Assembly: GCA_963764685.1 (NCBI GenBank)
Contig: CAVXTT010000032.1
Span: forward strand, 36,472-100,471
Source: an uncultured Ignavibacteriales bacterium
GTDB taxonomy: Bacteria > Bacteroidota > Ignavibacteria > Ignavibacteriales > Ignavibacteriaceae
DNA length: 64,000 nt
Direction of reading: 5' to 3'
The translations under genes were made by a program, and so were the position numbers. Position 1 is the first letter of the stretch, and each line of letters opens with the position of its first letter. Positions 42,418 to 53,027 of this stretch are shown piece by piece. The notes beneath the pieces were generated by a model. That model searched no databases. It was not told the DNA's origin and was given only the letters and a program-made list of their open reading frames with translations.

Positions 42418-45400
42418 ACTAATTGTATGCTTTCTAATCTTTAATATCGCTTCCTTTTCTCAAAACACTTTCTTTATCAAATACAAAAGCTCCGTTACTA
42501 AAGAGGAAGTTGCATCCAAATTAGTAACCCGTGAAATAATTTCTTCCGCAGATAATCTTTTCTCTAAAGAACAAATAAAAGTCTACCCTTTTGCAAAAGG
42601 AATTGCAAAGGAGAATGAAATTTTCGGAAGAATAATAAAAGTTACATTCCCGGAAGCCCTGCCATCCTCACAGATAATTCAGGTGGTCTCTATCGACCCG
42701 GAGGTCGATTATATTGAGCCAATGATTATTTATCAGATTGATTACGTACCAAATGATACACTGAGAGGGGAGCAGTGGGCACTCGATAAAATCAAAGCAT
42801 ACGATGCCTGGGATATAACGACAGGAGTCGATACTGTACTCCTCGGAATAATTGATACCGGTATAGACTATCTCCATCCTGATCTGCAGAATAAAATATA
42901 TATAAATCACCGGGGAGACCGGAACAGATAACAGCGGAAATGATAAACGCTTTAATGGAATTGATGATGACGGGAATGAGTTTATTGATGATTATATGGG
43001 ATGGGATTTTACCGACAGGGTTGGATTTCCCTTTGATTCAACAGGAGGTGATTACCTCGACTGGGATAATGACCCTTTAGACCAGCAGGGGCACGGAACA
43101 TATATTGCAGGCATTGCAGGTGCGGAGACTAATAATATTACCGGTGTAGCAGGAACAGCACCTAACCTGAAAATGATAAACTTAAGAGCTTTTGATCCCG
43201 GCGGGTTTGGTGAAGAAGATGATGTTGCCGCTGCAATACTTTATGCTGTGGAGATGGGAGTAAAAGTTATAAATATGAGCTTTGGAGATTATTCATTTTC
43301 ATATACCCTCAGAGATGTAGTTCAATATGCATATAGTAAAAATGTTGTAATGGTAGCCAGCGCGGGCAACTCAAGCTCTGCAGATCCTCATTATCCGTCA
43401 GCATACCCTGAAGTAATTTCAGTTGGCAATAGTACAGAAAATGACATAGTTGCAAGCACTTCCAATTACGGATCAACTATAGATCTTGTAGCTCCGGGTT
43501 CCTTAATAATGACTACGGCAAGAAATAATAATTATGCATTAATTTCAGGCACATCTGCATCTGCACCATTTGTTTCAGCTGCTGCAGGACTGGTACTTTC
43601 TCTGAATAATTTTACTAATGAGGAAGTTAAACAAATACTTAAAATCAACGTCGGATGACATTGGCACGCCGGGATGGGATATTAAAAGCGGGGCGGGAAG
43701 ATTAAATTTATTTAAAGCAGTAAGCATAAATGCACCCTCACAGATAAAGATCAACTACCCGCGTCAGGATTTTGCTACTCTGAAGGATACACTGAATATT
43801 AATGCCACGGTGCTTTCTCCTTATTTTACGAGTTATGAATTGCTGTATGGGACAGGACTGAATCCCAATACCTGGATTTCGCTGATCAGTAATGGACTTA
43901 ACCAGATCTCCGGGGAAAATATTTATCAGCTCGACTTGTCGGACCTTCCTGATACAGTTTACTGTTTACGGCTTGTTGTACACTTTAATAACGGCAGGAC
44001 AATGGAAGAGAGAGGCAATTTTTATATAATGCGCTCTCCTCCGGAAATCCAGCTAGTAACACTCGCACCAATGCTTTATGGAGAGAAGAGCACTATTGTT
44101 GCTTCTGTTTATACAAATACTCCAAGCATAGTTAAGCTTTATTATAAAAAAACAAGCAATCCGGATTACGATTTTGTTACCCTGGATGGCTTTAATATGA
44201 ATACGCAATTCGTAAAGCAATACCACTACGGATTTGTACCGGTGAATCTGATCGAACAGAATTCAACGTACCAGGTTAAGCTTGAAGCGGAAAATCTTGT
44301 GGGACTAAAGACAACAATTACACTTCCGCCTCCCGATACCTTAGTCAGAATAAGTTATCCTGCAGAATATTCTGCCGAATATGAACAGCCCTATCACCTT
44401 CCTGCAGGACTTATGTTTGAGAATCCGGTTAATTTCTTTTCAAATGATTCCAACGAAGTGCTCTTCAGTGAATTTTATCCCACACAGGATCTGTATTACG
44501 CATTATACCGGCTTGAAGGGGATTCATTAGTAAAAAAAGATTCCATAATGGATCGTATCCCCAGAGATGCGGGAGATTTCAATAATAATGGTAAAACCGA
44601 CCTGCTCGCTACAATTGAAAGAAAAGGTTTTATTGATGAGCAGGAAACTCCCGGTACATTTGATCTTGTAACAAAGTTCAGCGACTCTACTACATTCTGG
44701 GCTGCCGGAGCAGAAGATATCGATAAGGATGGAATTACTGAAGTGGTCGCAATGAGCAGTGATACTGTTATAAGTGTTTATGACGTTAAACCCGACCTGC
44801 AGCTGAATAATAGAATAGACCTTCCAAACTTTACAGATGAGTTATTCGGTTCTAATGTTTTTGATTACCCTCACGTTACAATTACAGACCTGGACAGTGA
44901 TGGTCTGAATGAAATCTGGGCAGTTGACCGTGACGGCGATATTTTTGATTATGAGCTTACAGCAAACGGATCGTATGTTCCGGATAATGTTATCAGCACC
45001 GGCTTTGCAAGCTCTACTGCATTTTTAGATGCAGGAGATTTTGACGGAGATGGAAAACCGGAGCTGGCTGTTTTAGTAAGATCCATCGAACAACTTGATA
45101 TAGCGCCATTTTACAGACTGCTTGTTTTAGATCTCCAGAATAGTCAGATAAACTATAAAATGGACCAGGCTTTTATAGATGCTTCGACAGAATTCAGGTC
45201 TGGATTTCAGAGAGCTTCCAACAGCCTGCGCTTTACAGATCTTGATAAGGACAATAAAGATGAGCTGGTCTTATTCATATATCCTTATGCTTACATATTC
45301 CAGCAGGGAAGTGGAGGTTACAAGATTATCCATTATTCGGAAAATATTAACTCGAATACAATTTTTATTGGTGACCTTAATAAAAATAACGTTACTGAAA

Positions 45401-46614
45401 TCGGTTTCCCCGGAAGTACGGGAGTGAAGTTTTTAGAATTTGATCTCACAAACAAAGCTTCAACCCCATATCATCTAAGCGGTTATAGTATTGATTCTAC
45501 AGTTATAAAACTGACCTGGGATGGCAATGGCGCAATTTATTACATCTACAGAGGAAATGCAGCAGATAATTTAACTCTTCTCGATTCTGTTTATAATAGT
45601 CAGAGAGATTATACAGACTTCAACGTTATCAAAGGTGTTGAATATTATTATGCAGTGCAGTCGGTTGATTTAGCAAAGCCTGATCCATATTCCAATCTCA
45701 GCAGCCCAATAAAAGTTTACAGTCACATCCCTGGCAGAGTAATAAGTGCAGTTGTAAGCAGTGCGAAAACCATTACCATAACATTCTCTGAAAAGGTGAG
45801 CACAACCATTGAAAATCCTGAAGCATTTTATTTCTCAGGACCCCCATACCCCCGATTTTACCCAAGATCAATATCTCCGAACACACAATACTCATACTTA
45901 TTATCATTTGATAATTTCGTTCCGGTGGGATTGATCAGTGTTACTGTAAACGGTTTAAGAGATTTCTATGGCTCTCCAATCCCGCGTTATGATACAACAT
46001 TTATGGTAAACCCCCAGATCTTTGAAGAGGAATTTTTTATTTCCTCATATGAACTGCTGAATCCTTACCTGTTGAGCATTACCTTTAATCTTGATGTAGA
46101 TAGTACATCTGTGGTGAATAAAAATAATTATTTATTTAGTCCGGATAACAGTGTTACTTCAATTAGCATCGATCCTAATGACAAAAAAACAATTTATCTC
46201 GATCTAAAAGGTGCAAAGCCAGTCGGCTCTATCGGGAAGGAATACCGTCTTCAGCTTAAAAATATTGTGTCATCTACAAACCTTAGAATCAATACAGGTG
46301 CGGGAAGTTATCTTGTAATAACCGGATTCGCCAAAGACTTATCGGGCGTATACGTATATCCTAATCCTGCAAGGGGAGAGGAGATGACATTTGCCAACCT
46401 GCCGCAGTACGCAAAAATTACTATCTTTAGTCTTGACGGGAAACAGGTAAATTCATTGGAGGAAAATGACGGCAATGGAGGACTTCAGTTTAATCTGCTT
46501 GATTCTGACGGCAACAAACTTGCCTCAGGAGTATATGTTTACCGGGTAGTCCAGGTAGATGAAAATGGTAATGAGTCGCAGGATAAAATAGGAAAATTTG
46601 CAGTGATCAGATGA
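42407..46614 (+). pseudogene. secreted subtilisin-like (S8) peptidase with FG-GAP/VCBS-like repeats and C-terminal sorting domain, frame interrupted twice
   Basis: Signal peptide MKYKLIVCFLIFNIASFSQ. Catalytic triad contexts IGIIDTGID, HGTYIAGI and GTSASAPF. Calcium-type repeats (DFNNNGKTD, DIDKDGITE, DLDSDGLNE, DFDGDGKPE, DLDKDNKDE). C-terminal YPNPARGE...GVYVYRV sorting domain. Breaks lie near 42908 and in the A4 run at 43641-43644. Confidence 0.85.
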
Positions 46615-47183
46615 TCAAATGGAAAGAAGTAAATACCGTTTCTAATTATATAAGCTTTTTTAGACTGCTTCTGGCAATTCCATTCTGGATACTTGCTGAT
46701 CATCTTAATGATGGGGATGTTAGATATTACCTCTTCGGATTATGTTTGTTTGCTTCTTTTACCGATATACTGGATGGCTATGTAGCCAGGCATTATAATC
46801 AGACAAGTGAAACCGGAAAGATAATTGATCCCCTCGCAGATAAAATAGCCATCGCAGTATTGGTATTTAAACTTTACCTGATCGGAGAAATTACACCAGG
46901 ATATTTTTATCTTATTATCAGCAGAGATTTACTGATATTCATTGGGGGTATCATAGTAACTAAAATGATCGGGAAGGTGCTGCCGTCAAATGTACTTGGG
47001 AAGGCAGCAGTTACTAATATCGGGATAGTTATACTGCTCATCATTTTACAGGTCGACAGGACGAGTATTTTCTTTTCAGGTTTGTACTATCTGAGTATCC
47101 TTTTAATTGTTGTTTCATTCATAGCATACACCCTAAGAGCTGTTGAATTCCTAAAGCGAAGAGAATATGGGTCTGTTCGATAA
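46611..47183 (+). CDS. CDP-alcohol phosphatidyltransferase (PgsA-like)
   Basis: Signature DILDGYVARHYNQTSETGKIIDPLADK, i.e. D-G-x2-A-R-x8-G-x3-D-x3-D. Multi-pass membrane protein. Confidence 0.82.
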   Translation: MIKWKEVNTVSNYISFFRLLLAIPFWILADHLNDGDVRYYLFGLCLFASFTDILDGYVARHYNQTSETGKIIDPLADKIAIAVLVFKLYLIGEITPGYFYLIISRDLLIFIGGIIVTKMIGKVLPSNVLGKAAVTNIGIVILLIILQVDRTSIFFSGLYYLSILLIVVSFIAYTLRAVEFLKRREYGSVR

Positions 47184-48099
47184 TTTTAATTTTAATAAAC
47201 TGAAAGAAGGTCTCTCAAGAACCAGGGATAAGATAGTTACCACCATTAATGAAACTATTACGGGTCGTGCTGTTCTTGATGATAAGACACTTGATGAGAT
47301 AGAAGAAATACTTATCAGTTCCGATATAGGTTATGATACTGTGGTACGGATAATGGATCACGCAAGAATAAAATTGCGTTCGGAAAAAGAAAGAACCGGA
47401 TTCAGTTTAATTGAAGCAGTAAAGAATGAACTTAGATCTACACTTGATACAGCTAATTCTGTTACACACAATATAAATCAGCACAAGCCTTATGTGATCC
47501 TGATAATCGGTGTTAACGGAGCAGGGAAGACCACCACTATTGGAAAATTAGCTCATAATTTCAAAGCAGCAGGCTTAAAGGTAATTGTGGGAGCAGCCGA
47601 TACATTTAGGGCTGCGGCAAATGAGCAGCTCGAGATATGGGCTAAACGTGCCGGTGTTGATATTGTCCAGGGTGCAAAAGGCTCAGATCCTTCTTCCGTA
47701 GCCTTTGATACTATAAAAAAAGCTGTTGACCATAATGCAGATGTAGTTTTGATCGATACGGCAGGCAGACTTCATAATAAAGCTAATTTAATGGAGGAAT
47801 TAAGTAAGATTAAGCGTGTTATCGCAAAAGTTGTAAGCAGTGCTCCCCACGAAACTTTGTTAGTCCTTGACGGCACCACCGGGCAGAATGCTATTGTCCA
47901 GGCAGAGGAATTCTCCAAGGTAACCGATGTGAACGGCTTGATAATTACCAAGCTTGACGGTACGGCAAAAGGCGGTGTTGTATTCCAGATAGCTAGGAAA
48001 ATGAACATTCCTGTAAAGTACATCGGGATCGGTGAATCGATAACAGATCTTCAGACCTTTGACCCTAACTTATTTGTTTCTGCATTGTTCGAGAATTAA
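47167..48099 (+). CDS. ftsY: signal recognition particle receptor FtsY
   Basis: SRP-GTPase NG domain with GVNGAGKTTTIGK, DTAGRL and TKLDGTAKGG. Confidence 0.92.
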   Translation: MGLFDNFNFNKLKEGLSRTRDKIVTTINETITGRAVLDDKTLDEIEEILISSDIGYDTVVRIMDHARIKLRSEKERTGFSLIEAVKNELRSTLDTANSVTHNINQHKPYVILIIGVNGAGKTTTIGKLAHNFKAAGLKVIVGAADTFRAAANEQLEIWAKRAGVDIVQGAKGSDPSSVAFDTIKKAVDHNADVVLIDTAGRLHNKANLMEELSKIKRVIAKVVSSAPHETLLVLDGTTGQNAIVQAEEFSKVTDVNGLIITKLDGTAKGGVVFQIARKMNIPVKYIGIGESITDLQTFDPNLFVSALFEN

Positions 48100-48180
48100 A
48101 CCAACCAATATATATGCGCCCGGCAGGGAATCCATCAACCAATCAGTAGTGCTTTACAGGAAAACCTTATATTAATCGTT

Positions 48181-48208
48181 AGTTTACATAATATACATTA
48201 TAGGACAT
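48181..48208 (-). other. dif: dif-like XerC/XerD chromosome dimer resolution site
   Basis: The reverse complement reads ATGTCCTATAA-TGTATA-TTATGTAAACT. It has the 11-6-11 layout. The right arm equals the B. subtilis dif right arm and the spacer equals the E. coli dif spacer (both recalled from the literature). It lies in an ORF-free gap between convergent gene runs. Confidence 0.7.
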
Positions 48209-48314
48209 ATAATGTTTTAACAAAGATTCTCTTATCTACTGCACATTTGCCAATAATTGGCCAGTAATTGGCCAATGACACCTATTAAAAAGGCACTCAA
48301 ATCTTACTCAAATA

Positions 48315-48348
48315 TTACCCAAATGCTGGATTTCTCGCATTTGGGTAA
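48315..48348. repeat. perfect 12-bp inverted repeat (hairpin) in the ftsY/hbd spacer
   Basis: TTACCCAAATGC (48315-48326) and GCATTTGGGTAA (48337-48348) with a 10-nt loop. No clear U-tract on either strand. Confidence 0.6.
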
Positions 48349-48515
48349 AATTTAAGTAAGGACATAGCTGTTGTTTAGTAAAAGTTACAGGCATTTATCT
48401 GGCTAAAATGAGGCTGATCTTGAATAGTTTTTCTCCCCTGAACTTCTGAACATTCCTTTCTATTTATCAGGTTTAATAACGTAAGAATTAGAATTACGTA
48501 TTTTATTCATTTCAT

Positions 48516-49364
48516 TTAATACTTAAAGAAACCTTCTCCTGATTTACGGCCGAGTTTCTTTGCTGCTACCATTTTCTTTAATAAGGGACAAGGACGGTAT
48601 TTGGAATCATTATATCCGTTGTAAAGAACTTCCATTATTGCCAGGCATACATCCAGTCCAATAAAGTCAGCCAGGGTTAATGGTCCCATCGGATGGTTCA
48701 TTCCCAGCTTCATTACTGTATCTATGTCCTCAGCCGAGGCAACGCCTTCCATCAAAGCAAAGATTGCTTCATTTATCATCGGCATCAGGATCCGGTTGGA
48801 TATAAATCCCGGGTAATCAAATACCTCCACTGGAGTCTTATCCAGTTTTTCAGCCAGGGATTTAATTGTTTTAAATGTCTCATCAGATGTTGAATATCCT
48901 CTGATTATCTCTACAAGTTTCATCATCGGCACCGGGTTCATAAAATGCATTCCTATGAACTTATCGGGTCTGCAGGAAGAAGATAATTCTGTAATAGAGA
49001 TTGAGGAAGTATTGCTGGCAAAGATACAATTAACTGGAATTGCAGTCTGTAATTTATTGAATATACTTAACTTAGCACTTTTATCCTCATAAATAGCTTC
49101 GATAATAAGATCAGAGTCTGTAGGTGTATTCTCAACTCCTGAAACTTTATTAATTCTGGATAACGATTGTGTCTTTTCCTCTTCAGTAATGATTGATTTC
49201 TTGACCTGGCGATCGAGGTTCTTACTGATATTGTCCACTGCCTTTGCTGCAAGTTCCGGCGACATCTCTACAAGATTAACATTAAATCCTTTTGCTGCAA
49301 ATACGTGAGCAATTCCATTGCCCATAGTTCCCCCGCCTATAACAGAAACTGATCTTATATCCAA
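48516..49364 (-). CDS. hbd: 3-hydroxybutyryl-CoA dehydrogenase
   Basis: 282 aa. NAD-binding motif VIGGGTMGNGIA and the 3-hydroxyacyl-CoA dehydrogenase N- and C-terminal domains. Adjacent to a thiolase gene. Confidence 0.88.
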   Translation of the reverse strand: MDIRSVSVIGGGTMGNGIAHVFAAKGFNVNLVEMSPELAAKAVDNISKNLDRQVKKSIITEEEKTQSLSRINKVSGVENTPTDSDLIIEAIYEDKSAKLSIFNKLQTAIPVNCIFASNTSSISITELSSSCRPDKFIGMHFMNPVPMMKLVEIIRGYSTSDETFKTIKSLAEKLDKTPVEVFDYPGFISNRILMPMINEAIFALMEGVASAEDIDTVMKLGMNHPMGPLTLADFIGLDVCLAIMEVLYNGYNDSKYRPCPLLKKMVAAKKLGRKSGEGFFKY

Positions 49365-49376
49365 GATTATCTCTCC

Positions 49377-50555
49377 TTATTTGTAATTTTTAACTATTAA
49401 AGCCGATGCTTCTCCCCCGCCGATACAAAGAGAAGCTAATCCATATTCCGAATTCCTTCTCTTCATTTCGTAAATAAGGGAGACTAAAATGCGTGCTCCG
49501 CTGGCTCCGATAGGATGACCGAGGGCGATTGCTCCCCCATTGACATTTACCTTATCAGGATTAATTCCGGTAAGTTTGTTTACAGCCAGAGAAACAACAG
49601 CAAATGCTTCATTGATCTCAAAAAGATCTATCTGATCTGTCTTAAGTTTTGCCTTTGCAAGCACCTTTTTTATTGCATCAGCAGGAGCGGTAGTAAATTC
49701 AATTGGTGCTCTTGCAGCGGAACTTTGAGCAATTATTTCAACCAGAGGAGTCAGCTTCAGCTCTTTTGCTTTATCTTCAGACATTATCAGCAGTGCAGCC
49801 GCTCCATCATTTATTGTTGAGGCATTAGCAGCAGTAACCACTCCGTTTTTATCAAAGACAGGTTTTAACTGAGGTATCTTATCGAAATTTACTTTTTCCG
49901 GTCCTTCATCTTTTTCCACATATGTTTCTCCGGATTTTGATTGTATCGGTACTTTTACGATCTCATCATTAAACTTACTTGTTTTCTGAGCTTCAAGAGC
50001 TTTCTTAAATGATTGTGCAGCAAAAGCATCTAATTCAGCCCTGGTAAATTTAAAATCTTTTGCGCAGGATTCAGCACAACTGCCCATATGAATGTCGTTA
50101 TAAACATCCCAGAGGCCGTCAGTGATCATTGAATCCATTATTTGTGCATGTCCCAGTCGGTAGCCAGTTCTGGCCTTAGGGAGGAAATAAGGAGCATTGC
50201 TCATACTTTCCTGTCCGCCGGCGATAATAATTTCCGCATCACCGCATTGGATAGCCTGTTCAGCAAGCATAACAGCCTTCAAGCCGCTGCCGCACATTTT
50301 ATTTATTGTCAGACATTCTGTTTTATCAGGTAACCCGGCAAATAAAGCGGCTTGTCTTGCCGGTGCCTGTCCCTGCCCGGCGGTAAGCACATTGCCCATT
50401 ATGACTTCATCAATTAAACTCTTATCAATATTTACCTGGTCGAGCACGGCTTTAATGGCAATGCTGCCAAGTTTACCCGCAGAAATTGTGGATAGACTGC
50501 CCGCAAGTACCCCTATTGGTGTTCTTTTAGCAGCACAAATAACAACCTTTTTCAT
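49377..50555 (-). CDS. acetyl-CoA C-acetyltransferase (thiolase II)
   Basis: MKKVVICAAKRTPIG, active-site Cys context NKMCGSGLK, C-terminal CIGGGEA. The ORF track start at 50603 adds 16 non-conserved residues. Confidence 0.9.
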   Translation of the reverse strand: MKKVVICAAKRTPIGVLAGSLSTISAGKLGSIAIKAVLDQVNIDKSLIDEVIMGNVLTAGQGQAPARQAALFAGLPDKTECLTINKMCGSGLKAVMLAEQAIQCGDAEIIIAGGQESMSNAPYFLPKARTGYRLGHAQIMDSMITDGLWDVYNDIHMGSCAESCAKDFKFTRAELDAFAAQSFKKALEAQKTSKFNDEIVKVPIQSKSGETYVEKDEGPEKVNFDKIPQLKPVFDKNGVVTAANASTINDGAAALLIMSEDKAKELKLTPLVEIIAQSSAARAPIEFTTAPADAIKKVLAKAKLKTDQIDLFEINEAFAVVSLAVNKLTGINPDKVNVNGGAIALGHPIGASGARILVSLIYEMKRRNSEYGLASLCIGGGEASALIVKNYK

Positions 50556-50647
50556 ATACTTCCTGGAAATTTGCTGATACAAATTAGATAGTAAAATACG
50601 CAATTACAGAGAAAAAATCCTATGCCAATTTCGATAACACAGGCAGT

Positions 50648-51769
50648 TCAGGAGAGTTGTTTGGGGGCAGTAACCAATGAGGATAATTCAAATATTAATC
50701 TGAACATAATTGCAGCCGGGTTAATATTATTTCCGATTGAAAAGTTTAGCTTTTCGATGAATGTAACAATCTCGTTTATTTTTATACCGGGGAATTTATT
50801 ATTGAATTTATCCAGGGTTTCTTTATGATCTCTAAAGAAAAGAATCTCGAAACCATTACGATGTCTCTCGAGATCGTTCATCCAGGTAAGAACCATATTC
50901 AAAAGAAGCTTAATTGATTCTTTATCTGATTGTTTAAGATATTTATCGGAAACCGAGAAAGCAGAATGGTATTTCCGCCCGAATGAATATCTCAAGAGAA
51001 GGATTACACTTTGCACAAGTTCATCGAAATCGGCATCGATAAATTGCAGTGCCGTAGTTACAGAACCTCCTGCAAATGGTGCTACCTTTTCTGCCAGATT
51101 CTTATCAATTTGAAAATGCGAAATTAGTATCCCGGAAATATCTGTCTCAGACAGCGGGTGGAATTTAATCATCCAGCAGCGGGAGTGTATAGTTTCTCTT
51201 AAAAGTTCAGGATAAGGTGTTGTTAAAATAAATGTTATGCCTTCAGGAGGCTCCTCGAGATTTTTCAGAAGAGCATTCTGAGCCTCTTCATTCATCAGGT
51301 GAGCCTGGGAGATAAGCACAATCCTGTTTGAAACATCGGAATATTCCAATGAAACAAATTTTTTAATGTCCCTGATGCTGGATATTTTAATTGTATTAGC
51401 TTTAGGTATGCTGATCTTCCAGTAAGGGTTTCTCCCCTTCTGCCCGAGTTCCTCTCTTACCAGCTGAATTTCATCTGCCGACAGTTTCTCATAAGGACCG
51501 CTGCTTTCATCTTCATTTTTACCCCTGGGAAGAGGTATAATGTACTTAATATATGGTTCCGACAGCGAGGCAATCAATCTGGCAACATCCAGGTAATTTT
51601 TAGAATTTTTATTTAATATCTGGGCAAACTTTATTGAAGTGAAATCTTTTCCCACACCTTCCTGCCCTGCAAATAAAAGCGCGTGCGGTATTTTTCCGGA
51701 TTGAATAAAATAGTCAAGGGTTTCCTTGACATACTTTTGTCCGTATAAACCTTCCCAGTAATTATTCAT
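50648..51769 (-). CDS. holB: DNA polymerase III delta-prime subunit
   Basis: AAA+-like N-domain HALLFAGQEGVGK and the sensor motif IHSRC. 373 aa. Confidence 0.75.
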   Translation of the reverse strand: MNNYWEGLYGQKYVKETLDYFIQSGKIPHALLFAGQEGVGKDFTSIKFAQILNKNSKNYLDVARLIASLSEPYIKYIIPLPRGKNEDESSGPYEKLSADEIQLVREELGQKGRNPYWKISIPKANTIKISSIRDIKKFVSLEYSDVSNRIVLISQAHLMNEEAQNALLKNLEEPPEGITFILTTPYPELLRETIHSRCWMIKFHPLSETDISGILISHFQIDKNLAEKVAPFAGGSVTTALQFIDADFDELVQSVILLLRYSFGRKYHSAFSVSDKYLKQSDKESIKLLLNMVLTWMNDLERHRNGFEILFFRDHKETLDKFNNKFPGIKINEIVTFIEKLNFSIGNNINPAAIMFRLIFELSSLVTAPKQLS

Positions 51770-51771
51770 AA

Positions 51772-51795
51772 TAAAAAAGGCGCCCGAAGCGCCTT
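51772..51795 (-). terminator. rho-independent terminator after the DUF2795 gene
   Basis: On the minus strand, AAGGCGC-TTCGG-GCGCCTT is followed by TTTTAT. It lies between the DUF2795 stop and the holB start. Confidence 0.65.
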
Positions 51796-51816
51796 GCAGT
51801 AAAAATCTTTAAGTTA

Positions 51817-52038
51817 TTAATAATCGTCTTCATTATAGAAGAAATCTTCATCGGATGGATAATCGGGCCAGATATCTTCAATTGATTCGTACGGTTCTTC
51901 GGAATCTTCAAGCTCGATAAGATTTTCAATAACTTCATATGGAGCTCCGATTCTCTCGGCATAGTCGATCAATTCTTCCTTTGTTGCCGGCCAGGGTGCA
52001 TCATCAAGATATGAAGCCAGCTCAACTGTCCAGATCAT
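51817..52038 (-). CDS. DUF2795-like small acidic protein
   Basis: 73 aa. The segment PWPATKEELIDYAERIGAPYEVIENL resembles the DUF2795 pattern, from memory. Highly acidic tail. Confidence 0.5.
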   Translation of the reverse strand: MIWTVELASYLDDAPWPATKEELIDYAERIGAPYEVIENLIELEDSEEPYESIEDIWPDYPSDEDFFYNEDDY

Positions 52039-52053
52039 AAATAGTATCTCCGC

Positions 52054-52974
52054 TTATTTCTTCGTCAATTCAAAAAAGCCTGTCTCGTCAAAGAAGAAGT
52101 CGACAGGGTTTAATTTTATACCATTATGATGAACTTCGTAATGCAAATGTGGTCCTGATGAAAGGCCTGAATTTCCGGTATTCCCGATTAAATCTCCTCT
52201 GGATACCTTTTGTCCCTGTTTTACCTTTACTGAAGATAAATGAGCATAGACTGTTCTGTAACCAAAGCCATGATCTATTTCTATAGCCAGACCGAATCCT
52301 CCTTTATTTCCAGCAAACTCAACTACTCCTTTACCGCTTGAATAAACCGGAGTACCAACATCAGTAATAATGTCAATACCATCGTGCATCTTATTGATCT
52401 GAAGAATCGGATGCATTCTGATTCCAAAACCTAAAATCATAATAGCCCTGACAAGGTTTTATAGCAGGAATTGCCTCATACAACTTTTCATTTTCAACTA
52501 ACTTGCGGGATATTTTATTATAGATATCTTTTTCAAAATTTATTTTTCTGGTCACCTCATCAACATACGATAATGCTTCTTTAAACTTCAGGTCGTTTTC
52601 ATCAGAGAAAGAAATCATAATTCAGGTCAAAATAACCGCCTCCCACACCTAATTTTCTTTCATCTCGGCGAGATTGGAGGTAAATTAGCTGAAATCCTAA
52701 GAAGATCATTTTTCTTTTGAAGATTTTCCAGCTCAGTATTAAGCGATTTATATAAAGTGGACATTTCTTCGATTTTCTTCTTTAACAGCTTATTTTCTGA
52801 ACGTAAAGTGCCTGAATTTTTACCTGAAGAACTGGAATAAAGGAAATACCCTGTAAGGGTAATAATACTGAAAAATATTACAGCGAGGAGGGTATATCCT
52901 GTGATCTTCGACTTGAAATTTTTAACCTCTATGAACTGAAGCTTGGTTTTGGAATAATAATAAAATTTTTTCAT
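52054..52974 (-). pseudogene. M23 family metallopeptidase, frame interrupted twice
   Basis: N-terminal TM helix plus coiled coil (52974..52660), a middle part (52618..52391), and the catalytic LytM domain with HDGIDI and GPHLHYEV (52440..52054). Confidence 0.82.
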
Positions 52975-53027
52975 AAATGGTTGCGGAATCTAAAAAAATA
53001 AGGAATTATTGTCAAGAAAAAAGACAG

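Noticed and set aside
48209-48235. A second, overlapping dif-like half-site (GGACATATAATGTTTTAAC) that would suggest an integrated IMEX element.
   Set aside because: Only the CATATAATG portion resembles a Xer arm. No 11-6-11 structure can be aligned, and no cargo lies between the sites.
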